Positions 28,549 to 38,238 of a DNA stretch of 64,000 nt are shown in pieces. Made by a program: the position numbers and the translations under genes. Each line of letters starts with the position of its first letter. Position 1 is the first letter of the stretch. Origin of the DNA: a virus; IMG/VR virus record IMGVR_UViG_3300045988_156211. One strand, written 5' to 3'. The notes under the pieces were generated by a model. The model saw only the letters and a list, made by a program, of their open reading frames with translations, made no database searches and had not been told where the DNA came from.

Positions 28549-28833
28549 TTAGATATTAGGTATCTTCAATATCATCCCTGCTTTCAATTCATCAAAGGGA
28601 TTTAGAATCTTATTTAAATCAGCTATATAGTACCATTTACCAGAATCTCCATAATAAAAAGCGGCTAAACCTTGTAGCGTTTCCCCTTCCATTAGAGTAT
28701 GTAATTTATAATCTAGAGTTTCATCCCAATTAATAGGAGCATATTCTTTTAGTGTTAAGTTATCTTCTGGTATTGATACCTGTATGTAGTCTAAAAAAGG
28801 ACTATCAATGAAATTATCAGAATTAAGTATCAT
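28549..28833 (-). CDS. LysM-domain tail protein (P2 gpX-like)
   Basis: GETLQGLAAFYYGDSGKWYYIADLNKILNPFDELKAGMILKIP is a LysM motif. 94 aa, between the tape measure and the hub as in P2/Mu-like tails. Confidence 0.7.
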   Translation of the reverse strand: MILNSDNFIDSPFLDYIQVSIPEDNLTLKEYAPINWDETLDYKLHTLMEGETLQGLAAFYYGDSGKWYYIADLNKILNPFDELKAGMILKIPNI

Positions 28834-28834
28834 A

Positions 28835-29833
28835 TTATTCTATGTTTTGGTTGTTCAACTTTAATCTACTTATACCATCAGAAGATATTATCTGTTCTGA
28901 AGTAGTATTGATATTGTTAACTCTTTTAAATACCAAAGATTGTACCGCTGTCATTGGATAAATATGATCTCCTATTATCATATTACCCTGATGGTTATCT
29001 CTTATATCTATAGCCATATCTTTGAGAGTATAAGAAGCTGAAAACAGTATGAACTTATATCCTTTGAATATGTCATTGTCTGAACTGTTACCAAACAGTA
29101 GTTCTAGTATAGGTGGACTAGACAGGTACCCATTGGATTTACTCCAAGATTCTAACAGCCTACATTTTAACAGTACCTCATCCCTATTATTAGGATCATT
29201 ACAATACCAGGATACATCGAAAGATATAGTATCTTCAGAACCAGTATATTGATAGAAGGGGTTATTCCTTCCCATAGATTTTACTACAGCCCATGATGTT
29301 TCTGGCTGAACCTCTAATTGACTTGGTCTATTCTGTATCTTAAGTACTTGATACGGTGATATGGTACGGTTTATAATATAAACTCCTACATCTTTACGAT
29401 GACTAAGCTTATATGATTGCCACAAAGGTATTTTACTGTGATCATAGTTATCCTTACTTACATCCACATATCTATAATCTAGGGACCTATTTAAAGGCCT
29501 ATACATAGAATGATAAGCTCCGGCTATGGTCATATGAGACCTATCTGCTCCCAGTCTATTAGCTTCATTTACTATTGTAGATTCTGTACTTATTGGTGAT
29601 AAGTAGGATCTACTAGTAGATCCTACTATAGCCAGGTGTGGTATACGGTTTGGGTTTACTATATCCTTTATTGAAGGTTCTGCCTTTGGTTTTAACCCAT
29701 TCTTTACAAACCTATCTCTAATTATCTTAGCTCTCCACTCTGTCAAATTCTTATTAGACTGTACAGCTGATATACTTAAAGATACTATAGAGTTAGAACC
29801 TCTTTTAGTTATTTGACCTATTATAGTTGCCAT
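28835..29833 (-). CDS. tail protein downstream of tape measure (distal tail / DNA-circulation-like position)
   Basis: 332-aa ORF. Synteny only. Confidence 0.5.
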   Translation of the reverse strand: MATIIGQITKRGSNSIVSLSISAVQSNKNLTEWRAKIIRDRFVKNGLKPKAEPSIKDIVNPNRIPHLAIVGSTSRSYLSPISTESTIVNEANRLGADRSHMTIAGAYHSMYRPLNRSLDYRYVDVSKDNYDHSKIPLWQSYKLSHRKDVGVYIINRTISPYQVLKIQNRPSQLEVQPETSWAVVKSMGRNNPFYQYTGSEDTISFDVSWYCNDPNNRDEVLLKCRLLESWSKSNGYLSSPPILELLFGNSSDNDIFKGYKFILFSASYTLKDMAIDIRDNHQGNMIIGDHIYPMTAVQSLVFKRVNNINTTSEQIISSDGISRLKLNNQNIE

Positions 29834-29844
29834 AGTATTAAAAT

Positions 29845-31890
29845 TTAATAAATTATACCTAATTGATCTAAGTCATAGGTTGAACCATCAGTAAGAGTTC
29901 CCACATCTCTACCATTTATAGTTAAAGCAACTCTGGTTACTCTATCAGTCATACCCTTAGCAGCTGCTACAACGGCTTCATCTCTTTTATAGTTAGGTAT
30001 GAAATATGGGTTATAATTCGTTTTGAAAGGATCCAATATTACATAATCCCTCATATCCCGGGTTACTGAAAGATCTTTATTGGTACTAGTGTTACCAGCT
30101 ATGCTTGATAACAGGTCTATTATCTCGGGCATAAAAGTAACCAAAGTAGCTACTCCCCAACCCCAACCGGGTAAGAATCTACCAAGCATAGCTCCTATTC
30201 CTGTAATCTTACTCAATAGTGAACCACCAAGTTTAGTAGCGGCTTTAGTAGTTGCAGCTGCTGCAGCACCTTTACCAGCAGCTGTTGCAGCGGCTTTAGT
30301 AGCTGATGTTGCAGCTGATGATGTACTACCTGACATGGCTTTGCCCAATATTAAAGCTGATAAGGTGTTATCTAATCCAGACATGGATGATTTACCATTC
30401 TTACCTTTCCTTTGAACCCATAAAGCTCCAGTAGCTGGGTTGATACCCATCTTAGTTATAAGACCAGAATTAAGTCCAACTAGTATACCCATTAATCTGG
30501 TGATATTACTTAGTTTGGCTTCTGTAGAAGTTAAGGCAGCATTTACTGAGGTTACTCCTGCTTTTAATGCAGTAGTACTACCTGCAGCAGTTTTAAACCC
30601 AAGACTTATCATCTTTATATTCATAACTGCCATCTTTACACCATTTACTACTAATCCCAGGGCTGATACTATACCTAAAAATTCTACAGTCTTTTTACCT
30701 ACAGGAGTTTGTATAAAATCCTGAACTGTATCTATTATCTTAGTAAGACCTTGTACTAAAGGTGTAAATACAGTAAGTACTTCTCCTAAACTAACTCTTA
30801 AGTTCTCCCAGCTTGATTCTAGCATTGATAATCTACCAGCGGGAGTTTCATTGAATTCTTTTATAGTGTTGTCTACTCTACCCTGGTTTTCATCATATGT
30901 ACCCATAATCCTAGCATAAGCATTACTGTTAGCCATATCTCTAAGCATAGTAGCTACAGCTCTAGAACCACGAACCTGGAATATCTCATTCCATAACTTT
31001 ATTTTATCTTTATCGGTTACTCCATCGAAAGCCTTATTTAAGGTTTGGAATATAGTCTGTAAATCTTTAAGTCTACCTTGAGCATCAAAGAAATCTTTCT
31101 GATCCAATCCTAAAGCCTTCAATCCCATGTAACCTTTCTTCCTAGCTTCTGAAGCAGATAATGATAGGTATCTGATCATGTTGCCTAAAGCAACACCAGC
31201 CATTGAACCCTGGATACCAGAGTTACCCATTACACCGATAGCTGCAGCCATCTCTCTAAGAGATATACCTGCATTTGCAGCATCTCCCGCAGCATACTTA
31301 ATTGATTCGGCCAAATCAGGCAATGACATGTTAGCATTTGTTACAGCTGTATAAATATCATCTCCAACCTGTTTTACTTGATTCATAGGTATAGAGAAGG
31401 TAGACATAATATTGGTCATCAAGTCTGCTACTCCACCCTTACCTCCTACGGGTGTACCCAATATAGTACCCAACTTAGCAATGGTAGGGATCATGGCTTT
31501 TATGGCTTCGGTTTTATTACCAGCCATTGCCAAAAATCTTTCTGCTGATGCTATATCTGCTGAAGTAAGTGGGGTTATCTCATTGACATCTTTAGCTAAT
31601 TGTAATAATTCGTTCTGTTGACTATTGGTGGCTCCAGCTATCTTAGAAGCCATCCATACTTCTTTCTGTACTCCAGCTGAATACCTATAAGCATCAGCCA
31701 TACCTCCAACAACAGATAAAGCAGCGGATGTAAGGGTTCCGCTGCTAGAGTTTATGGCTTGTTTATAAGTATTAACTTCACTCATCAATTGACGGAAGTC
31801 TCTAGATATAATACCAGCTTGAGTAGAAAATCTATTTTGTAGAGTAATGGCTACACCAATATCTACTAAACTTGATCCAGGATTAAACAT
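29845..31890 (-). CDS. tail tape measure protein
   Basis: 681 aa, Ala/Gly-rich and helical, with hydrophobic C-terminal segments. It follows the frameshifted chaperone pair. Confidence 0.85.
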   Translation of the reverse strand: MFNPGSSLVDIGVAITLQNRFSTQAGIISRDFRQLMSEVNTYKQAINSSSGTLTSAALSVVGGMADAYRYSAGVQKEVWMASKIAGATNSQQNELLQLAKDVNEITPLTSADIASAERFLAMAGNKTEAIKAMIPTIAKLGTILGTPVGGKGGVADLMTNIMSTFSIPMNQVKQVGDDIYTAVTNANMSLPDLAESIKYAAGDAANAGISLREMAAAIGVMGNSGIQGSMAGVALGNMIRYLSLSASEARKKGYMGLKALGLDQKDFFDAQGRLKDLQTIFQTLNKAFDGVTDKDKIKLWNEIFQVRGSRAVATMLRDMANSNAYARIMGTYDENQGRVDNTIKEFNETPAGRLSMLESSWENLRVSLGEVLTVFTPLVQGLTKIIDTVQDFIQTPVGKKTVEFLGIVSALGLVVNGVKMAVMNIKMISLGFKTAAGSTTALKAGVTSVNAALTSTEAKLSNITRLMGILVGLNSGLITKMGINPATGALWVQRKGKNGKSSMSGLDNTLSALILGKAMSGSTSSAATSATKAAATAAGKGAAAAATTKAATKLGGSLLSKITGIGAMLGRFLPGWGWGVATLVTFMPEIIDLLSSIAGNTSTNKDLSVTRDMRDYVILDPFKTNYNPYFIPNYKRDEAVVAAAKGMTDRVTRVALTINGRDVGTLTDGSTYDLDQLGIIY

Positions 31891-32077
31891 GATTATTAGA
31901 GGTATTAATTTTTTTCTTTAAATCTTTTAAGGCTCCGATATAAGCTTCAGCTTCATCCAAAAAGTACTTCCTTACTCTGTAGGGAAGTACTAAAAAGGTG
32001 AGATAATCTAACCTTATCTCACCTCTTACTAATTTAATAAATTGAGCTGAAAGATCTAATCGGAGAGGCAAAAAAAA
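31883..32077 (-). CDS. tail assembly chaperone C-terminal extension (T-like), read in the -1 frame after a slip at 32070-32077
   Basis: The ORF 31883..32071 has no ATG (it begins TTG inside the T8 run), is in the -1 frame relative to 32056..32838, and overlaps the tape measure start by 8 nt. This is the classical G/GT arrangement. Confidence 0.7.
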   Translation of the reverse strand, partial: FFLPLRLDLSAQFIKLVRGEIRLDYLTFLVLPYRVRKYFLDEAEAYIGALKDLKKKINTSNNHV

Positions 32078-32838
32078 CTTGGAACTCCCATGATACCAAC
32101 TATACCCTTTTCTGATGGGTTATTTGGATTCTCTACTTCTATATTTGAAGTAAATACGGGATCTATAGCCGATACAAAATCTCTTATCTCCTTCATATCT
32201 CTTACTGAGAAGCATGAGAAATTGGTTACTCTCTCGTATTTACCATTTACGTTCAACTTAAGGTTCTTTGCAATAAGCTCTGAATTTCTGGTTCTCTTAG
32301 ATTCAGGCAGATTTATGATGTATCTTTCACTTTCACCATTAAGTAAATCTATGGTTAACAGTTTACCTGAAGAAAGCGAAAACTCTATGTCTTTAGTTTT
32401 TATATGACCTTCACTATCACAATCTCCCGGGTAGTAAGGTAAAGCAAAAGGTTTACTATCAAGTTCTTCCTCAGAAGGAGCTTTGCTATAGTCTTCAAAA
32501 ACTAACTCATTAAGATCTTGTTCAAACCCATAACTGGTACCATCATTGAATGTATAGTCAAATTCTACGGTATCACCCATAGAGAACATCCTATTTTTAA
32601 TAAGGATATAATTTCTATCCAAAGCCGGAATAGCTCTTGATTGTTCTACGGTTAACTTACCTGATTTAGTAAAATCAGTAGATACTACTATGGCAGCTAT
32701 GAATTTAGCCAAATTGGTTAAATCCTTACTATCTACAGGATTAGACAGGATATCCTCATCTGCACCGTTTTGTTCCCTTATGGTATACTTATAACCAGAG
32801 GGAGCCACTAAATCTAAAGTTCTAAGTTGAATGTCCAT
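32056..32838 (-). CDS. tail assembly chaperone (G-like, frame 0 product)
   Basis: 260 aa between tube and tape measure. It ends 8 codons after a T TTT TTT G slippery run. Confidence 0.75.
   Translation of the reverse strand: MDIQLRTLDLVAPSGYKYTIREQNGADEDILSNPVDSKDLTNLAKFIAAIVVSTDFTKSGKLTVEQSRAIPALDRNYILIKNRMFSMGDTVEFDYTFNDGTSYGFEQDLNELVFEDYSKAPSEEELDSKPFALPYYPGDCDSEGHIKTKDIEFSLSSGKLLTIDLLNGESERYIINLPESKRTRNSELIAKNLKLNVNGKYERVTNFSCFSVRDMKEIRDFVSAIDPVFTSNIEVENPNNPSEKGIVGIMGVPSFFCLSD
32070..32077 (-). other. programmed -1 ribosomal frameshift slippery site (T TTT TTT G)
   Basis: The A8 run on the + strand is a T8 run on the coding strand. Frame 0 reads AGT TTT TTT TGC. After a -1 slip the next codon is TTG, continuing into ORF 31883..32071. 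Confidence 0.7.
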
Positions 32839-32900
32839 TGTTTTTAAAGTTTTAAGTGAATGAATATTTGTATTGTATAATAGTCTAAGGATTTACATAG

Positions 32901-32938
32901 AAAAGAGGTGAAACCAAAGTAAATTATGGTCCCACCTC
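32901..32938 (-). terminator. strand-specific intrinsic terminator after the tail tube gene
   Basis: Minus-strand RNA GAGGUGGGACC-N12-GGUUUCACCUC forms 11 bp including 2 G-U pairs, followed by UUUUCU. The + strand version would have A-C mismatches. Confidence 0.65.
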
Positions 32939-32974
32939 CCATCCACCTAAATCCTTAATAAAAACAATTAAGTA

Positions 32975-33439
32975 TTAGTATCGGTCTGCTGTTCCTACAG
33001 AAAATTCTATATTCTCTATAGTATTCTCCGAAGCAGTTCTATCGAAATCCATGCCGGTTATCTTAGTAGGCCATACCTCTTCATAATGATGAGTGTTTAA
33101 TATGGTTACTCCATCTTCTGCAAGATCATTTACCTCTACTACTTCCCAGTAATCTTCTGGAACTAAACCTCCACCAAGTATCATATCTTGACAAGAGTTT
33201 AACCAGTCCCATATCCATGTATCTGAACCTGCAGTAGTAAGGAGTTTTTCTATTACTAAGTTACCTACAGTAACTCTACCCGCAGTTTTTACATCTCGGT
33301 TTATATCTCCATGAGTTACCTGGTCTATCTCTATATCCGGTAATGTAACCTTCTGACACAGGTACGGATTTATAGGGTGTTTTGGGAAAGAAACACTGAA
33401 TAGGAATTTCTTTCTTGGATTTTTTACTTTTGCTCCCAT
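32975..33439 (-). CDS. tail tube protein
   Basis: 154 aa, immediately downstream of the sheath gene and followed by a strand-specific terminator. Confidence 0.7.
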   Translation of the reverse strand: MGAKVKNPRKKFLFSVSFPKHPINPYLCQKVTLPDIEIDQVTHGDINRDVKTAGRVTVGNLVIEKLLTTAGSDTWIWDWLNSCQDMILGGGLVPEDYWEVVEVNDLAEDGVTILNTHHYEEVWPTKITGMDFDRTASENTIENIEFSVGTADRY

Positions 33440-33451
33440 ATATAAAACATT

Positions 33452-35206
33452 TTAAGCGTTATCAGTTGAATCTATAGATACAGTACTTGAAGCTGCATCT
33501 ATAGTTATTACTATAGAGATTTCTTGCATAGGCACTACATCTTTATACTTAAGTATAGCCTTGTATTTACCCTGCCTTACATCAGCTTCATTGTTTACTT
33601 CAAGATTAGAGTAGTCAGTTGCATATTGATCACCCATCCAGGTATACTCTGACATAGCATTCTGGTCTACCAAGCTATCAAGCTTCGGTTTTACCTCTAA
33701 GTAGATAGACTTCCATGTATCCCATATGTTAGGTTCCTCTATGTACTTCTCAAGTATTGGTCTAAGAGTTTTCTTGAGATACAAGTTAAGTCTAACTATA
33801 GACAAGAATCTTTCAGAATCCTGTTTAACCTGAGAAGTGAATAGATGCCAAAGCATAGTCTGCTTACCCATTGAACTAGTGTCCTTAATGACTATCATGT
33901 TGATATAATTATGGGCCAGTTCATTTAAATCATCATACCTAGAAGGTGATCCATAGTTGGGACATACTGGACCTTTAGCATCGGTTATAATTCCTCGATT
34001 AGCCCCAGCGAATGACTTCCATGGACCATAGTTACTAGCCGAAGAATCACCAAGACCAAGTATGGTACCAATTACATCACAACTCTGAAGTCTTCCGGAT
34101 TCATTATAGTACTTGATACCACCTCCGAAATATGCAATATACTTAGAGTTACCTATAGTATTCATAACTTCATTTTGCCAAGCTACCATGTCATCAATTT
34201 TGGTTAAAGTCTTAGGTATCTCTATATAATAGGTGAATTCCTGCAAACTCTTTATTTCTTCGGCAATCTTAGTATGTATGTTGAGTTGATACTCCTTGTT
34301 GGTCTCTTCCTCTTCATCAAATACTCGATTGTACAATGATGAACAAGTTATCTGGTATACATCAACATAATCCTTGATGGTATCGAAAGCATTAACCCAA
34401 TCATCTACTGATCCCGGGTATTCTGCATTTGGCAGTTCTTCGTAGTTAGGCTGTATAACTTGTACCTTCTCATTACCACTATTCCAATCAGTTACAGTAA
34501 GCTTATTGGTTGACTGATCATATTTCTTTATAGAATCTATGAGCTTATCAAAGCTTACTTCATCAAGATTACCCTTACTATCTACAGGCTGGAAGTATGA
34601 TGTATTGCTTATAAAGTCATACAACATCTGATAATCTACAGTAGTAGGGTTAACTTCAGTAGAATTCTGATAAGAGAAGATGTTTCCACTTTCTACTTCG
34701 GTATTTGAGCTATCCTTAATTGAGTAAGTATAGTTTACTATACCCGAGGATTCTCTCTTTTTAAATGTTACCGTATAGGTATCATCTTTCTGTCCGTTGA
34801 TCTTTACTCCAAGCTTTAGAGTACCTAATTCACCAAAGGTTAGAAGAGTAAATGTTGGCTGACCTGCAGCACTTGCAAGTTCAGTCTCATATTCATCGGC
34901 CATCAATACACCAGCACCGGGATCTGAGAAATTTCCTGGCTGTAGAGTTTCACTGGCACATACTCTTACTACTCGTAATTTAGAACCTAAAGCCAAAGCT
35001 TTCTTAACGTTTGAAATAGTACCATCTGGCATAACTTCATCACCATATATCCTTTGGAACTGTGGCCATGAAGTGATTATCTCCGATGGGTCATTAAACG
35101 GACCTTTAGTAGTTCTTGTTATTATACAAGAAACACCGTTTAACGGAGTACTTTCTTGAACATTGTTGTTCTCAAAAGTAAATTTAACTGAAGGTGAATT
35201 TGACAT
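33452..35206 (-). CDS. contractile tail sheath protein
   Basis: 584 aa, in the sheath-tube-chaperone-TMP order. Synteny and size. Confidence 0.75.
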   Translation of the reverse strand: MSNSPSVKFTFENNNVQESTPLNGVSCIITRTTKGPFNDPSEIITSWPQFQRIYGDEVMPDGTISNVKKALALGSKLRVVRVCASETLQPGNFSDPGAGVLMADEYETELASAAGQPTFTLLTFGELGTLKLGVKINGQKDDTYTVTFKKRESSGIVNYTYSIKDSSNTEVESGNIFSYQNSTEVNPTTVDYQMLYDFISNTSYFQPVDSKGNLDEVSFDKLIDSIKKYDQSTNKLTVTDWNSGNEKVQVIQPNYEELPNAEYPGSVDDWVNAFDTIKDYVDVYQITCSSLYNRVFDEEEETNKEYQLNIHTKIAEEIKSLQEFTYYIEIPKTLTKIDDMVAWQNEVMNTIGNSKYIAYFGGGIKYYNESGRLQSCDVIGTILGLGDSSASNYGPWKSFAGANRGIITDAKGPVCPNYGSPSRYDDLNELAHNYINMIVIKDTSSMGKQTMLWHLFTSQVKQDSERFLSIVRLNLYLKKTLRPILEKYIEEPNIWDTWKSIYLEVKPKLDSLVDQNAMSEYTWMGDQYATDYSNLEVNNEADVRQGKYKAILKYKDVVPMQEISIVITIDAASSTVSIDSTDNA

Positions 35207-35255
35207 ATCTTTGAATATTTAGTTACCTATTTAATAAATATCTTATAGTATTGTA

Positions 35256-35954
35256 TTATTGTGGTATATGTACCTTAGTCATATCTGATTCACTCTTACC
35301 GTAAGCCCCTATTAAGGTAATTATATCATTAATAGGCTTTATATCACCATCTATGATATTAGAGTAATCTATGATACTATCGTTACAGGTATAACTGTAT
35401 ACCTTCTCTAATATACCATGCTCTTTATCATTGTAATCATAGTAATTGCCTATCTCTATATAAATATTACCTGTTGGCTGTACTTTCTGATTTACCCATT
35501 CATAGAAGTTATTCAGATATGGTACTAAATAACCTCTAGCTGGTAGTGACATATACATTATATTGTGCAATAACCTTAGGTCTGGCATATTATTGGCCAC
35601 TAGATGAACATCTATGGTTATATCTTTAGTTTCAAAAGGATGTTCTACTCTATTATAATTGCCCTCGGTATTATTTTCTATGGCATATTTTTCCATACCA
35701 ATCATACCTGGGTAATATGATTGTAGATCTAAGGTTATTCTTGGGCATTCTTTAGCTCCACGAGTTTGATTATTACCCACTCCAAATATGCTTACGAAGT
35801 TTTCAATATTGGCTTTATCTTTATTAAACCTATCTTCATTTTCTTGGGATATAGGTAGATAATCATCGGGATTCAAAGTTAAGCCCATCTTTATGGCAGT
35901 ACTAAGTAAACTGGCATAAAAAGTTCTTTCAACAATCTCTTCAGAATTTACCAT
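35256..35954 (-). CDS. neck/tail completion protein candidate
   Basis: 232-aa ORF directly upstream of the sheath gene. Position only. Confidence 0.4.
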   Translation of the reverse strand: MVNSEEIVERTFYASLLSTAIKMGLTLNPDDYLPISQENEDRFNKDKANIENFVSIFGVGNNQTRGAKECPRITLDLQSYYPGMIGMEKYAIENNTEGNYNRVEHPFETKDITIDVHLVANNMPDLRLLHNIMYMSLPARGYLVPYLNNFYEWVNQKVQPTGNIYIEIGNYYDYNDKEHGILEKVYSYTCNDSIIDYSNIIDGDIKPINDIITLIGAYGKSESDMTKVHIPQ

Positions 35955-35955
35955 A

Positions 35956-36573
35956 TTACTTAATCGTTAATTTAGTTTTATCACCCATACTCAAGTTATA
36001 AACTACAGAACCATAGAAACTTGTGTATCTATTTATAGCTTCCCTCAACCCCTTAACTACTTCCTTTTTAAGTCTCTCTTTACCTCCAGCTTGTTCATAA
36101 GCTGGTCTCCATAAGGGTCTAGCTGGTAAATCTCCATCACCTGAACCATACTCTAACATCCTAGCTATTTGAGCCATTGTCCTTTTACTTGATCCCTTTA
36201 GTCCAGACGGTCTTCTCAATCCTTGAGGTAATCCAACATATACTATACCGTTTTTACGGGTATTAATTCTTATATACCTAGCATAAAATCCTGATAAATA
36301 CATTATTGGATGTGATCCCAAAGTTTTTGTAGTTGATTCTGCATGTGGTTTCCAACTAACTCCCTTTGGAGGAGTTCCCTTTTTTAAACACGTAGTAACT
36401 ATCCTATAAAGTCTATCAGCAAATCTATTAGCACCAATACTATATCCTTGCAATAACAGTTTCGGTACATTATTTAAAAGATTTACTGCTAACTTATTTT
36501 TATTTTGGTTAACATATATCTTTATTTCCCCTAAACCTCTTAAGTCTATATTAGGTACTTTATTTGTTGCCAT
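35956..36573 (-). CDS. head-tail joining protein candidate (HK97 gp10-like position)
   Basis: 205 aa, basic, with DLPARPLWRPAYEQ. Position in the neck cluster. Confidence 0.35.
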   Translation of the reverse strand: MATNKVPNIDLRGLGEIKIYVNQNKNKLAVNLLNNVPKLLLQGYSIGANRFADRLYRIVTTCLKKGTPPKGVSWKPHAESTTKTLGSHPIMYLSGFYARYIRINTRKNGIVYVGLPQGLRRPSGLKGSSKRTMAQIARMLEYGSGDGDLPARPLWRPAYEQAGGKERLKKEVVKGLREAINRYTSFYGSVVYNLSMGDKTKLTIK

Positions 36574-36595
36574 ATAGTGTAGTTTATTTTAATTT

Positions 36596-37177
36596 CTAGA
36601 ACTCTTCCCAGTTTATAGATATAAACTTATCATGATGTTCTCTATCCATAAACTTAGACCATTCTTTTAATATAAACCCCTTATATAAAACTTTATTTTC
36701 AATAAGTAATCGTAGGAGATTCATACAGGATAAAACTGAACATATAAAATCAGGATATAATCTGAAATATATCCAGTTAACTAAATAAGTTATATCACCT
36801 AATGATAAGTAGTCAGGTATATCTATACTTAAAGTATTAAGATGATTATTTATAGTATTGGGATACAATGGGCTATTAACCTTATCACTATGCAATAAAC
36901 TAATGGCATATTCTGAAAGCTCAAGGTTAAATTTACCACCTACCCTTTTAAAATAATCATCAAAAGCCTTATCAGTACTATTGGTGTTTTTTTCAAACAC
37001 TATATTATGTTGATCTTCTCTAATGGCAATAGGTAATATATCTGCACCTTCTGAGAGAATATCTGTTGTTGTAGTAGTCTCAGTTTCAGGGTTATCTATA
37101 GTCATATGATCAACGGGTTCCTCAATGGGTATTGATTCACGAGGAACCCTCTTTTTAATTATTACCATTCTACTCAT
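36596..37177 (-). CDS. hypothetical neck-module protein
   Basis: 193-aa ORF with no motif. Confidence 0.5.
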   Translation of the reverse strand: MSRMVIIKKRVPRESIPIEEPVDHMTIDNPETETTTTTDILSEGADILPIAIREDQHNIVFEKNTNSTDKAFDDYFKRVGGKFNLELSEYAISLLHSDKVNSPLYPNTINNHLNTLSIDIPDYLSLGDITYLVNWIYFRLYPDFICSVLSCMNLLRLLIENKVLYKGFILKEWSKFMDREHHDKFISINWEEF

Positions 37178-37179
37178 AA

Positions 37180-37683
37180 CTATATCTTTTGAAGTATTTT
37201 GGACATCATGTCTTTTAGTTCTCCCATATCATTCTTTAATTCCCCTACATTACTTTCTATCTGTTTAAACCTACCTTCGGTTTCTCTCTTCTGTTTAATA
37301 ATAGGATTATGTTCAGCTAATACTTCATCACATAACTGAACTACCTTTTTATTGTAGGCTTCTCTATCTAACTCTCCCTGAGATTTATCTCTGAATATCT
37401 CCAGTTCTTTTAAAGCAACCTCTTTACTTACACATATTACGATATTATCTATTGTATATGAGACATCCTTTTCACTAAAGGTATATCTCAAACTGGGATT
37501 ACGATTAGGTATACTTAACCTTAAATCTACTACTCTATCAGTCATACCGGGTATACTAGAATCGTAATGAGGGTCAGTACTACTCTCTACCTTTAATGGG
37601 AAGAGTGTTAACTTATCTTGATCTATTTGGCTCTTATCTATAATATAGATAGAAGCACCTTCTTTAATATCTTTAAATGTCAT
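37180..37683 (-). CDS. hypothetical neck-module protein with C-terminal coiled coil
   Basis: 167-aa ORF, the first gene after the terminator at 37721-37751. Confidence 0.5.
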   Translation of the reverse strand: MTFKDIKEGASIYIIDKSQIDQDKLTLFPLKVESSTDPHYDSSIPGMTDRVVDLRLSIPNRNPSLRYTFSEKDVSYTIDNIVICVSKEVALKELEIFRDKSQGELDREAYNKKVVQLCDEVLAEHNPIIKQKRETEGRFKQIESNVGELKNDMGELKDMMSKILQKI

Positions 37684-37720
37684 AATCGTATTTATTAGGT
37701 TTAGGTTATATAAAAATATA

Positions 37721-37751
37721 GAAAGCCAGTAATGATTAGTTACTGGCTTTC
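37721..37751 (-). terminator. intrinsic terminator after the 147-aa gene
   Basis: GAAAGCCAGTAA-tgattag-TTACTGGCTTTC is a perfect 12-bp stem, followed on the minus strand by TATATTTTTA. Confidence 0.7.
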
Positions 37752-37767
37752 AAGTAGAGATTTAAAA

Positions 37768-38211
37768 TTATGATGCAGAAGAAGAAGCACCTATAGATAC
37801 TACCACAGAATCGTTGATAACATATCCATAAGCAGCACCATTGTTTACACATGCAACACCCTGATCAGTACCAACTGAAGTGATTGTAGGAGTACTTGAT
37901 GGAAGAGCAGTCCTACCTTGGAAAGCTACCTTAAATCTTCCAGTATAAGGTATTACATCAGACTTACAACCACACTTACCGGGTACTACTATTTGAATGT
38001 ACACTGTGATTGGTACAAATACTGTAGTCCCAATCAATACTGAATTGCCAACTTCATACCTTACAGTAGCATTTGGCTGATTATCATTAGCGATGCAAAA
38101 AGGTTTACAAAAGCTGGCTTTAAAGGTTATCATCTCAGATAACTGATTTGCTACTGGTGCTTCTGATAGCCCAACTGGGCTCTGGTAAATTTGCAAACGC
38201 GGCTGTGACAT
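37768..38211 (-). CDS. small beta-rich, Cys-containing protein of unknown function (probably abundant)
   Basis: 147 aa with a visibly higher GC than its surroundings. It is followed by a perfect 12-bp stem terminator and contains CKPFC and GKCGC. Confidence 0.65.
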   Translation of the reverse strand: MSQPRLQIYQSPVGLSEAPVANQLSEMITFKASFCKPFCIANDNQPNATVRYEVGNSVLIGTTVFVPITVYIQIVVPGKCGCKSDVIPYTGRFKVAFQGRTALPSSTPTITSVGTDQGVACVNNGAAYGYVINDSVVVSIGASSSAS

Positions 38212-38238
38212 AATTCTAATGGTTTAAAGGGTTAAACA

